From positions 4,277 through 68,276 of the IMG/VR virus record IMGVR_UViG_3300032247_000624: DNA of 64,000 nt; one strand, 5' to 3'. Source of the DNA: a virus. Position 1 is the first letter of the stretch; each line of letters begins with the position of its first letter. The notes beneath the pieces were generated by a model. The model saw nothing but the letters and a program-made list of their open reading frames with translations. It had not been told where the DNA came from and searched no databases. Positions 55,535 through 64,000 of the stretch are shown here, piece by piece. The position numbers and the translations under genes are program-made.

Positions 55535-58522
55535 ATGCCACAAATTACCACATTACCATTATTGACAACTGCTACAAATGAAACATATTTTGTAGTTGTT
55601 GACAATCAAATTACAAAAAGATTTAATTTTGGTAAATTGCCAAACAGTTTTACTGGCTATTCAGGTAGTCAAGGATATGCAGGCAGTACCAGTGTTGGAT
55701 TTGCTGGTAGTGTTGGACCAGCAGGACCTATAGGATATACTGGAAGTGCAGGAGTAATTGGATATTTTGGTAGTACTGGTTATACAGGCAGTGCTGGATC
55801 AAATGGTTTTACTGGCAGTAAAGGTTATACCGGCAGTCAGGGATATACAGGCAGTGTTGGTCCTATTGGGTATAATGGTAGTTTTGGTTTTGTGGGTAGT
55901 AGAGGGTATACTGGCAGTGCTGGACAACTGGCAGGACTTTATATTAGCATAGCCGACAGTGGATTGGGCAGTTTTTTAATTAATGGACAGAATACTAATG
56001 TAATTAATCTAGCTCGTGGATTTACCTATTACTTTACTGTGAACAGCCCAAGTCATGGATTTTATATTGTAAATCAATATACAGACAACAACAGTTCTCC
56101 TTATACTTCAGGAGTTACTAATAATGGAGTTACTGTTGGTACGGTAACATTCAGCGTTCCAATGAACGCGCCTAATAGATTGGCATATCAAACCAATAAC
56201 TTAGCCAGCATGAATGGTGTAATCAATATCTCTGATGTTGGTATTGGTTTTACAGGTAGTAAAGGCGATCCAGGCGGCTATACAGGTAGCGCTGGTCGTC
56301 CGGGTACTGCAGGTGGTTATACAGGCAGTATTGGTACTAGTGGGTATTCTGGTAGTGCTGGACCTATTGGTTATAGCGGCAGTATTGGTAACAAGGGATA
56401 TACAGGCAGTGTTGGGTCTATTGGTTTTACTGGCTCAGTGAGTACAGTGCCTGGACCACAGGGACCTCCAGGAGGTTACACTGGATCGGCCAGTCAAGTT
56501 TCTGGACCACAAGGACCTAGAGGATATTCAGGGTCTATTGGTAATATTGGTAAGACTGGATTTACCGGTAGTGTCAGTGAAGTTCCTGGTCCAACTGGAC
56601 CACAGGGACCTCCAGGAGGTTACACTGGTTCAGTGGGTGCTCAAGGCCCACAAGGCTATACTGGTAGTTTGGGCTATACTGGTAGTGTTGGTTACACTGG
56701 ATCGGCCAGTCAAGTTTCTGGACCGCAGGGTTTTAGAGGATTTGCAGGTAGTAAAGGTGATGCTGGCGGTTATACTGGTAGTGTTGGCGCACAAGGCCCA
56801 CAAGGATATACTGGTAGTTTGGGCTATACTGGTAGTTTGGGCTATAGCGGTAGCATTGGCCCACAAGGATATACTGGATCAGCCAGTAGTGTAAGCGGCC
56901 CATTAGGTTATACTGGATCTATTGGATACACTGGCAGTAGGGGTTATACAGGTAGTTTAGGTTACACTGGTAGTGCTAGTACTGCTTCAGGTTATGTGGG
57001 TAGTACTGGATTCACTGGTAGTGTTGGCCCAACTGGCCCACAAGGATACGCTGGATCAGCTAGTAGTGTAAGTGGTCCGTTGGGTTATACAGGCAGTGTG
57101 GGAGATTTAGGTAGCATAGGTTTTACAGGTTCTGCTAGTAGCGTTAGTGGCCCGCAAGGTCCCAACGGATTCACTGGCAGTAGAGGATTCACTGGTTCAA
57201 TTGGTGCGGCAAGTGCCATTGGTTATACTGGTTCTATTGGTGCTCAAGGTACTCCAGGCGGATATACAGGTAGTCAAGGCTACACTGGCAGCGCTGGATA
57301 CTACGGAAGTAACGGCTACTGGGGCAGTGTGGGTTACACAGGCAGTCAAGGCGACATTGGATTCACTGGTAGTCAAGGTATTACAGGGTTCACTGGCAGC
57401 CAAGGTTACTCTGGATCAGTGGGCTACACAGGCAGTTTAGGATTGGGTTTCCTTGTTACAACAGCCACAAGCACAGCAACTAATATTGCTCTTGTTTCTC
57501 CTGGAACTACATTCAGCTTTACTGCTACTACTATTGCCCAGTCAGCTTATACTACCAGCCAGTCTATAGTATTATTATCTGCCCCAGGCGGGGTAGTGAA
57601 TCCTAATAATTATATTTCAAGTATTATTACAAGTATTACTGGAACAACTGTAACTACACAAGTTTATTCAGTTTACGGATCAGGAACATACACCAATTGG
57701 CAATTTTTATTAAGTGGTGTGGTTGGTAAAAATGGATTTGCTGGTAGTACCGGGTATGCCGGCAGTATTGGCCCACAGGGTTACACAGGGTCAATAGGTG
57801 GACTTGGTTATACCGGTAGTCAGGGATACAGCGGGTCACAGGGATATTGGGGATCAGTTGGATATACAGGAAGCCAAGGTATAATTGGATTTAGTGGTAG
57901 TTTTGGTACTCAGGGCTTTGCTGGAAGCAAAGGCGATGCTGGAGGATATACCGGATCAGCAAGCACTGTATCTGGTCCACGCGGTTATACAGGATCATCT
58001 GGAGCCTATGCTGGTGTAGGATTTACTGGCAGTAAGGGAGATCCTGGTGGTTATACTGGTAGTGCCGGCGCAATAGGCTATAGCGGATCTGGAAGTTTGG
58101 GATATACTGGTTCAGCAGGTTATGCTGGTTCGGGCGGATCAGTTTCTAGAGCAACATTTACAACTGCTACCAGTGTTTTAGCTGCAGGAACAACTGCTAC
58201 AACTATAATACCTGGATATAAATCTTATGTATTATCAAAAGTTGTGACTGATCAGCCAGCATGGGTTAGAATTTACACTGATGCAACTAGTTTGTCCAAT
58301 GATAGCACTAGATTGTCAACTGTTGATCCTACAGCAGGATCTGGTATTATTGCTGATGTTATTACAACGTCTGGATCTTTGACTCAATTAATTACACCTG
58401 GAGTTGTTGGATTCAACAATGACACTGTGACAACCAACACAGTCTATCTAGCAATTACAAATAACTCAGTAAGTTCAGCGGCAGTTAATGTAACATTGAC
58501 ACTATTAGGATTAGAGCAATAA
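55535..58522 (+). CDS. Collagen-like fibre protein with G-(Y/F)-T-G-S-x repeats (995 aa)
   Basis: Long Gly-X-Y tracts interrupted by globular domains. Confidence 0.85.
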   Translation: MPQITTLPLLTTATNETYFVVVDNQITKRFNFGKLPNSFTGYSGSQGYAGSTSVGFAGSVGPAGPIGYTGSAGVIGYFGSTGYTGSAGSNGFTGSKGYTGSQGYTGSVGPIGYNGSFGFVGSRGYTGSAGQLAGLYISIADSGLGSFLINGQNTNVINLARGFTYYFTVNSPSHGFYIVNQYTDNNSSPYTSGVTNNGVTVGTVTFSVPMNAPNRLAYQTNNLASMNGVINISDVGIGFTGSKGDPGGYTGSAGRPGTAGGYTGSIGTSGYSGSAGPIGYSGSIGNKGYTGSVGSIGFTGSVSTVPGPQGPPGGYTGSASQVSGPQGPRGYSGSIGNIGKTGFTGSVSEVPGPTGPQGPPGGYTGSVGAQGPQGYTGSLGYTGSVGYTGSASQVSGPQGFRGFAGSKGDAGGYTGSVGAQGPQGYTGSLGYTGSLGYSGSIGPQGYTGSASSVSGPLGYTGSIGYTGSRGYTGSLGYTGSASTASGYVGSTGFTGSVGPTGPQGYAGSASSVSGPLGYTGSVGDLGSIGFTGSASSVSGPQGPNGFTGSRGFTGSIGAASAIGYTGSIGAQGTPGGYTGSQGYTGSAGYYGSNGYWGSVGYTGSQGDIGFTGSQGITGFTGSQGYSGSVGYTGSLGLGFLVTTATSTATNIALVSPGTTFSFTATTIAQSAYTTSQSIVLLSAPGGVVNPNNYISSIITSITGTTVTTQVYSVYGSGTYTNWQFLLSGVVGKNGFAGSTGYAGSIGPQGYTGSIGGLGYTGSQGYSGSQGYWGSVGYTGSQGIIGFSGSFGTQGFAGSKGDAGGYTGSASTVSGPRGYTGSSGAYAGVGFTGSKGDPGGYTGSAGAIGYSGSGSLGYTGSAGYAGSGGSVSRATFTTATSVLAAGTTATTIIPGYKSYVLSKVVTDQPAWVRIYTDATSLSNDSTRLSTVDPTAGSGIIADVITTSGSLTQLITPGVVGFNNDTVTTNTVYLAITNNSVSSAAVNVTLTLLGLEQ
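56453..56840 (+). repeat. Recent internal duplications within the collagen-like gene
   Basis: GGACCACAGGGACCTCCAGGAGGTTACACTGG (~56453 and ~56598), GGATCGGCCAGTCAAGTTTCTGGACC (~56482 and ~56699) and CAAGGCCCACAAGG(C/A)TATACTGGTAGTTTGGGCTATACTGGTAGT (~56642 and ~56792) each occur twice. Confidence 0.8.
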
Positions 58523-59799
58523 TGTCTGATGAACAAATAGTTGCCCAGCTAGCAGATTTGACAATAACGCCAATTGATGAATTAGCGCAGGCCAATACGG
58601 GGTATTATTCTAGTGGTAACTATGTTTACCTTACTGCTCCTCAAATTGCCACAGCCTATAATATGCCTTATCACTCTGGAGCTGGTATCAACGTTGGGAT
58701 TATTAGTTTTGGGGGAACTTTCCTTCAAAGTGATCTTAACTCAACTTTTTCATCTTACAAAAACAGGGGACTTCTTCCAGCATCTGTGTCTGCTCCAACT
58801 ATAACGCAGGTATTGTTAAACGGCGCAACTGGTACTAGTAATAGTAATGCTGACGGTGAAAATATATTGGATATTACTTGTGTTGCCACATTGGTACCCC
58901 AAGCCAATATTACCATTTATATCAACACAAGTAGCGCCACAGTAGGCAATGTTCGAAGCACTATTGCTAGAGCTGTTTCTGATGGTTGTGATGTAATCTC
59001 AATGAGTTGGACATTTGATGAATCTAATGGAGATTTTTTATCATCACAACTACAATCGGCTAATTCAAACAATATTGCTTTTGTAAATAGTTCTGGAGAC
59101 CTTGGGTCTGATTCGGGCGGTGTATTGGCAGTTAACTATCCGCCATCTAGTCCTTACATGATTGCTGTTGGGGGGACTCATCTTACCATAAACACGGGAA
59201 CCAATACTCGTTTAACAGAAACAACTGAACAAGATGATCCTACTTTTGGCGGTACTTTTGGTAGTGGCGGCGGATTCAGTTCATTATTTTCAGCACCCAG
59301 CTGGCAAAGTGGTTTACAATATCAAACATACAACAGCTCGACACGTGTTACTGGGGCATTGACATCTGTAACTTCAAGAGGAATTCCAGATATTTCTGGA
59401 CCAATGGCCAATGCTTATGCATTTTACAGCGGTGGTACACTTAGCGGCGTTGGTGGTACTAGCGCATCTACACCAGTTATGGCGGGGTTATTAGCTAGGA
59501 TCAAGGCACTGACTGGAAAATCTTTGGGATCAGTGGCGTATAATCAAATATTTTATGCCAATCCAAACGCATTTTATGACATAACCACGGGTACAAATGC
59601 TACAGCAATAGCTCAAGGTTATGCTTCTAGGGTTGGTTGGGATCCTGTGACAGGCATGGGAGCACCAAACGGCTATTCTCTATTAAGTCTTATTCAAGGT
59701 TTACGATCAAATCAAGGTATGACATTTCCAAGACAGGTTAGCATTAGACCCAGTCAGGGACAAACATTTCCAAGATCTACTACACGATTTACACACTAA
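58522..59799 (+). CDS. Peptidase S53 (sedolisin/kumamolisin family), catalytic domain only
   Basis: E-x3-D (GENILD), oxyanion SSGDLG, AVGGT, RGIPDIS, nucleophile GGTSASTP and Ca-site GWDPVTGMG. TAATG overlap with the collagen gene. Confidence 0.93.
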   Translation: MSDEQIVAQLADLTITPIDELAQANTGYYSSGNYVYLTAPQIATAYNMPYHSGAGINVGIISFGGTFLQSDLNSTFSSYKNRGLLPASVSAPTITQVLLNGATGTSNSNADGENILDITCVATLVPQANITIYINTSSATVGNVRSTIARAVSDGCDVISMSWTFDESNGDFLSSQLQSANSNNIAFVNSSGDLGSDSGGVLAVNYPPSSPYMIAVGGTHLTINTGTNTRLTETTEQDDPTFGGTFGSGGGFSSLFSAPSWQSGLQYQTYNSSTRVTGALTSVTSRGIPDISGPMANAYAFYSGGTLSGVGGTSASTPVMAGLLARIKALTGKSLGSVAYNQIFYANPNAFYDITTGTNATAIAQGYASRVGWDPVTGMGAPNGYSLLSLIQGLRSNQGMTFPRQVSIRPSQGQTFPRSTTRFTH

Positions 59800-59822
59800 G
59801 AAAATACTTGGATAAATATCAT

Positions 59823-60470
59823 ATGAAACAGAGCTCAACAATGACAAATCACCCACAACATCAACCTAATGAACAGGGAAATATGCGAGTACAAGGACAT
59901 ATTAAGATATTTGACCCTAATACTAAAGAAGTGTTCATTGATAAAAAGAACGCAATCCACTACGAAAATTTTAGCCTTGCTATGGCACAGAGTTTGAGCA
60001 ATCAAGGCTACGGAACCATTTATGAAATGGCATTTGGCAATGGCGGCACGCGAGTTGACGATACTGGTGTTATTACATATTTGACTCCAAATACTATTGG
60101 AACAAGTGCTAGTTTATACAATCAAACCTATTACAAGACTGTAGACGCTCAACAAAATACAGATTTAAATCCCACAAACAATTACATGCAGGTTCGTCAT
60201 ATTACTGGAACTGCTTATAGTGATATTTTGGTAAGTTGTTTACTGGATTTTGGTGAACCCAATGGTCAAACAGCATTTGACAATGCCACTGATTCTAATG
60301 GAACTTATGTTTTTGACGAGTTGGGCCTATTAAGTTACAGTCCAAACGGCCCTGGAATGGGTATGCTACTAACACATGTGATATTCCATCCTGTACAAAA
60401 GTCATTAAACAGAATGATTCAGGTTGATTATACAGTTAGGGTTCAAAGTCTCAGCAATAGCGGGAATTAA
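59823..60470 (+). CDS. Conserved baseplate/tail structural protein (about 210 aa)
   Basis: KKNAIHYEN, FGNGG, FDELGL and THVIFHPVQKSLNR. Start is 59823 or 59841, after TAAATA at 59813-59818. Confidence 0.7.
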   Translation: MKQSSTMTNHPQHQPNEQGNMRVQGHIKIFDPNTKEVFIDKKNAIHYENFSLAMAQSLSNQGYGTIYEMAFGNGGTRVDDTGVITYLTPNTIGTSASLYNQTYYKTVDAQQNTDLNPTNNYMQVRHITGTAYSDILVSCLLDFGEPNGQTAFDNATDSNGTYVFDELGLLSYSPNGPGMGMLLTHVIFHPVQKSLNRMIQVDYTVRVQSLSNSGN

Positions 60471-60472
60471 TT

Positions 60473-62284
60473 ATGCCATATACACTTAATTTTTCAGATC
60501 CGGCAAAAATTACTGCTGTTACGGTACCAGATATGCCTCCTGGTGTTAACACAGTTGACACCAGTTTGTCTTTGGTTGGAAAAGGGTATCCAAATTTTGG
60601 GCAGGCAATTGATCAGAACTTCCTAAGTCTTATAGAAAACTTTTCTAGTCCACTACCGCCTAAAAATCCTGTTGAGGGGCAGTTGTGGTATGATACAAGT
60701 AACCCTACTAATAAAGTATTGCGAGTAATGGACGGCACAGCTGGAGCAGTTAACTGGGCCAGTGCAAATGGAATTTATCAACAAGCCACCGATCCTTCAT
60801 TAACTACCACATTGAAATCGGGAGATATTTGGGTTAATACGCAAATAAGTCAGCTTAACATTTATAATGCTGGCAGTTGGATAGCAGTTGGTAATGCGGG
60901 TACGGGTGAACTTAACGGGCCTGTTAATGAAACAGTAGTGGATACAACTGGTACTCATCATCAAATTACTTCTACGTATGTTAATGGTAATAGAGTAACT
61001 GTATTATCAAATGATACGTTTATACCAAATCCAATACTTTCTGGATTTACAGCCATATACCCAGGGGTAAATGCTGTCTTAGGATCTTTTTTTAACGGTA
61101 TATCAGTTAGCGCAGCCAATTTAACTGTCAACAATGCCTTATACAGTGCTGGCAGCTTTCTAAGAAAAAATGATAATTCAGTAAACGGGCAAGTAATTAC
61201 AGGCAGATTGGCGTTCTCTACACCAAATGCCAACAATCAATCTGGTTCACAAGGACGTGATGGTATAGTTATCAATGTGGCTGGGACTAGTAACAGCAAC
61301 TATATTCAGTTATACAAATATGTTAACGATGCTGTATTGCTAAACAATACACCCGGTGGCAACATTATCTTTAAAACATCCAATGCTACCAGCAGTTTAC
61401 CAAATAGCACTCTTGTGGTCGCTGATGGTGTGGTCACAATTAATACTACCACCTCCATTACTGATCCTAGTTTAATAGTTAATGGATCAGCCAGTGTATC
61501 AAACAATTTAAATGTGGGTGGAAATATATCGGCAGTGGGAAATGTCAGTGCTTCTGGCAATCTAAATATTGGCGCTGTTTCAGTATTTGGTGATGATATT
61601 ACAGTCAACGGTCAAATTTATGTAAATTGGCTAGATGGTAATGGTAGTCCAAAAGCTGGATCCGGTATTTTGCCATCAACAAATAACATCTATGATATAG
61701 GATCTGCTGGTGCCCAATTTAATAGGATCTATGCTAGGGCCATTGGTACTACCAGCACACAGGTATTTGGAATATTTAACGGTCCTGCTACTTCATTAAC
61801 TTACGGTAGTAATTTTAAAATACAAGGTCAAATTACAGCAACTAATGTTGTATTTTATGGCAACGGCTCAACGGCCACATTTAATACAACATTGACTGCC
61901 AGTGCTATTACAGCACAACATACTGCTACCTACACATCGGGTAACATGACATTGATGGTTGTCGATACATCAACCAATGCCAGTTATACCGGGCCTCAAC
62001 AAGTTAGTATAAATCAGTTGACGGCTGGTTTTCACAAACCAGGAATGATAATCATGAATGGCAGTAGTATCCCGCCAGCAGGATGGTTATTATGTGACGG
62101 ATCAAGTTATGCTATATCATTATATCCTAATTTGGCTGCGGCGCTTCAATATCAGGGCGGCGGCAATTTTATCTACGGTGGTGTAATTCCCAACTTCAAT
62201 GTACCTGATCTAAGAACGGCAACACCAGTATACAAAGTACCGGGTACTGAGTCAAGCTACGTAAACTATATAATAAAATACTAA
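60473..62284 (+). CDS. Short tail fibre/baseplate protein with phage tail-collar domain (603 aa)
   Basis: C-terminal PPAGWLLCDG...YPNL...FNVPDLR collar motif. N-terminal SLSLVGK...ENF...GQLWYD module. Confidence 0.8.
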   Translation: MPYTLNFSDPAKITAVTVPDMPPGVNTVDTSLSLVGKGYPNFGQAIDQNFLSLIENFSSPLPPKNPVEGQLWYDTSNPTNKVLRVMDGTAGAVNWASANGIYQQATDPSLTTTLKSGDIWVNTQISQLNIYNAGSWIAVGNAGTGELNGPVNETVVDTTGTHHQITSTYVNGNRVTVLSNDTFIPNPILSGFTAIYPGVNAVLGSFFNGISVSAANLTVNNALYSAGSFLRKNDNSVNGQVITGRLAFSTPNANNQSGSQGRDGIVINVAGTSNSNYIQLYKYVNDAVLLNNTPGGNIIFKTSNATSSLPNSTLVVADGVVTINTTTSITDPSLIVNGSASVSNNLNVGGNISAVGNVSASGNLNIGAVSVFGDDITVNGQIYVNWLDGNGSPKAGSGILPSTNNIYDIGSAGAQFNRIYARAIGTTSTQVFGIFNGPATSLTYGSNFKIQGQITATNVVFYGNGSTATFNTTLTASAITAQHTATYTSGNMTLMVVDTSTNASYTGPQQVSINQLTAGFHKPGMIIMNGSSIPPAGWLLCDGSSYAISLYPNLAAALQYQGGGNFIYGGVIPNFNVPDLRTATPVYKVPGTESSYVNYIIKY

Positions 62285-62285
62285 A

Positions 62286-63299
62286 ATGGCATATACAATT
62301 TTAAATTCAGACGGAACAACGCTACTGTTATTGACAGATAATTCAGTGGATCAAGTTACAACCAGCCTTTCTTTGGTTGGAAAAAATATTAGTAATTACG
62401 GTGAGTATATTAATAATAATTTTATAAAATTACTTGAAAGTTTTTCCAGTACGTACGGTAATCCTCCAGTAAATCCAGTAACTGGTCAGCTTTGGTACAA
62501 TACCACTGCTCAGAGGCTGTATGTTTATGACAACGGATTCAACCCAGTCAGTGGAGCCATTGTGTCGGGGACACAACCGGGTATTTTAAATTCTGGAGCT
62601 TTTTGGTGGGACAGCACAAATAACCAATTAAAGTTATATAATAACAATGCTCTATACACTGTTGGTCCTATTTTTCCACAATCTGTAGGTAGCAATGGAT
62701 GGGTACTACCTGCCACTACATTGCTAGATGCTACTACATTGGCAACACAGCAGGTTACTTTATTAAACAATTATGGAACTACGGTTGGGGTAGTTAGCAA
62801 TTCTAATTTTTCAATGACCACGGCAGCTGCTCAAACATATTTTAGCACCAGTACTGCTACAGTGGTAGCTGGATTAACTATTAATGGTGGTTTTAAAGCA
62901 ACGGGGCAGGTATTCAACAGATATCTTTCAGCATCTGTCAGTATTGATTCTTTAGATCCTTCAGTATTAACAACCAGCGATTATCACAATGTATCACTGT
63001 ATGCGTCTTATCAATTACAAAATCGAGCCATTACCAGTGTGTTGTCATTGATGTATCCTGTAACTGCCTCCACATCTACAAATGAAGTTGGAGTTCCTTT
63101 AGGGTCCGAAGCTAGAGTTATTTGCCAATTTAGTAAATCAGGATCAGCTGGCATCAGTGGAGTTGGTACTCAGGTTAGAAGATTTCAGATTCAAAATAAT
63201 GCCTTACAGGGAGTCAGTTGGCAACCTGTTGAAATTTATTCTACTGGAACAAAATACTACAGTGTAATAACAACTTCCACAGTCAATATTATAATGTAA
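62286..63299 (+). CDS. Baseplate/tail-fibre paralog (337 aa)
   Basis: Same N-terminal SLSLVGKN...LESF...GQLWY module as its neighbours. Confidence 0.7.
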   Translation: MAYTILNSDGTTLLLLTDNSVDQVTTSLSLVGKNISNYGEYINNNFIKLLESFSSTYGNPPVNPVTGQLWYNTTAQRLYVYDNGFNPVSGAIVSGTQPGILNSGAFWWDSTNNQLKLYNNNALYTVGPIFPQSVGSNGWVLPATTLLDATTLATQQVTLLNNYGTTVGVVSNSNFSMTTAAAQTYFSTSTATVVAGLTINGGFKATGQVFNRYLSASVSIDSLDPSVLTTSDYHNVSLYASYQLQNRAITSVLSLMYPVTASTSTNEVGVPLGSEARVICQFSKSGSAGISGVGTQVRRFQIQNNALQGVSWQPVEIYSTGTKYYSVITTSTVNIIM

Positions 63300-63308
63300 G
63301 GAACCCCA

Positions 63309-64000
63309 ATGCCATATCAAATTTTAAAATCTGACGGAACTATCTTAACTGAAATTGCCGATGGTACTATAGATAATATATCAACCAGTATCTCTCTTAT
63401 TGGTAAAAATGTTGTTGGTTTTGGACAACCTCAAAATTCTGATTTTGTTCACATGTTGGAAAACTTTGCATATGGAGTCCCCCCAGTTAATCCGTTGGTT
63501 GGACAGCTTTGGTTTGACACAGTAACCAATGCGCTACACGTTTACAATAATGGCTGGCAAACTTTGGGATCTATCACTTATGATTCAGTTTCTCCAGTAG
63601 TAGCAGTTCAGGGCAATCTTTGGTTTGATACAGGTAGTAACATTTTAAAAATCAATACAGGTACAGGATTTATCAATATTGGGCCAGAGGCAGTTTCTGG
63701 ATTCTCTACAACAAAATTCAGTTCAGTATCTTTGGTAGACACTAATAATACTACTCACGCAGTTATTGAATGTATAGTAAATGGTGAAGTTATTGCCATT
63801 ATAAGTCGTGATGCTTTTGACATATCTTACATAAATGCTGTAGACGGTTTCCCTTCAGTGAATAGGGGCATTACACTTAAAAATTATACCAGTAGTGATG
63901 TGGAATTATTTGGTTATTCTAAGAAAAGCATATCCTCGAATGCGTTATTGGATGAAGGACAGACAGTGTATCTTACAGCATCGTCCACATCGGCCGGCGC
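63309..64000 (+). CDS. Baseplate/tail-fibre paralog, partial (runs off the window's right edge)
   Basis: AAGGA SD. MPYQILKSDG...SISLIGKN...MLENF...GQLWFD, open to the window end. Confidence 0.8.
   Translation, partial: MPYQILKSDGTILTEIADGTIDNISTSISLIGKNVVGFGQPQNSDFVHMLENFAYGVPPVNPLVGQLWFDTVTNALHVYNNGWQTLGSITYDSVSPVVAVQGNLWFDTGSNILKINTGTGFINIGPEAVSGFSTTKFSSVSLVDTNNTTHAVIECIVNGEVIAIISRDAFDISYINAVDGFPSVNRGITLKNYTSSDVELFGYSKKSISSNALLDEGQTVYLTASSTSAG

Noticed and set aside
55640-58140. Collagen-gene repeats as a DGR template/variable pair or CRISPR array
   Set aside because: Differences are mostly synonymous rather than adenine-specific, and there is no reverse transcriptase in the window.
634-62770. 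Many antisense or alternate-frame ORFs in the track (e.g. 634-1227, 14895-15365, 18239-18754, 22470-22961, 50478-50942, 56538-57440)
   Set aside because: They lie opposite or inside well-supported genes, lack SDs, and are explained by the codon bias of Thr/Gly/Val-rich or repetitive genes.
1-64000. Stop-codon reassignment, as seen in some jumbo phages
   Set aside because: Conserved genes are full length in the standard code and coding density is high. TGA ends gp47 and gp55. TAG is rare as a stop but does not interrupt genes.
1-64000. Missing terminase, tail sheath and tail tube genes as a sign of a defective element
   Set aside because: The window is only part of a large genome and both ends run into open genes. 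These genes probably lie elsewhere.

Overview
This window is the virion-morphogenesis region of a large T4-related myovirus. The major capsid, baseplate-wedge and giant baseplate proteins most resemble my recollection of the RaK2/GAP32/Atu_ph07-type jumbo phages; that placement is inferred, not searched. Minus strand, 1-25.7 kb: Thr/Gly-rich fibre and decoration genes (one of 2826 aa), then major capsid, scaffold, prohead protease, core protein, portal and a tape-measure candidate. Middle, 25.7-32.9 kb: a gp26-like/tail-chaperone pair joined by a probable -1 frameshift, an internal-head-protein candidate, a ~460 bp highly structured non-coding region directly behind a GIY-YIG nuclease, gp46/gp47 and the gp55 late sigma factor. 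Plus strand, 32.9-64 kb: baseplate genes (tube initiator, gp53, hub, gp5 with a lysozyme-like domain, gp25, gp6, a 4286-aa protein), a collagen-like fibre coupled to an S53 sedolisin protease, and paralogous tail-fibre/baseplate proteins. TAAATA late-promoter motifs precede many structural genes, and sigma70-type promoters precede gp55 and gp47. The strongest leads are (1) the GIY-YIG nuclease plus large structured RNA, (2) eleven phycobiliprotein-like C-x-R-D helical repeats in a virion protein, (3) the frameshifted tail chaperone facing the tape-measure gene, and (4) the collagen fibre plus pro-domain-less S53 protease. All calls come from motif recognition by eye; no database searches were run.
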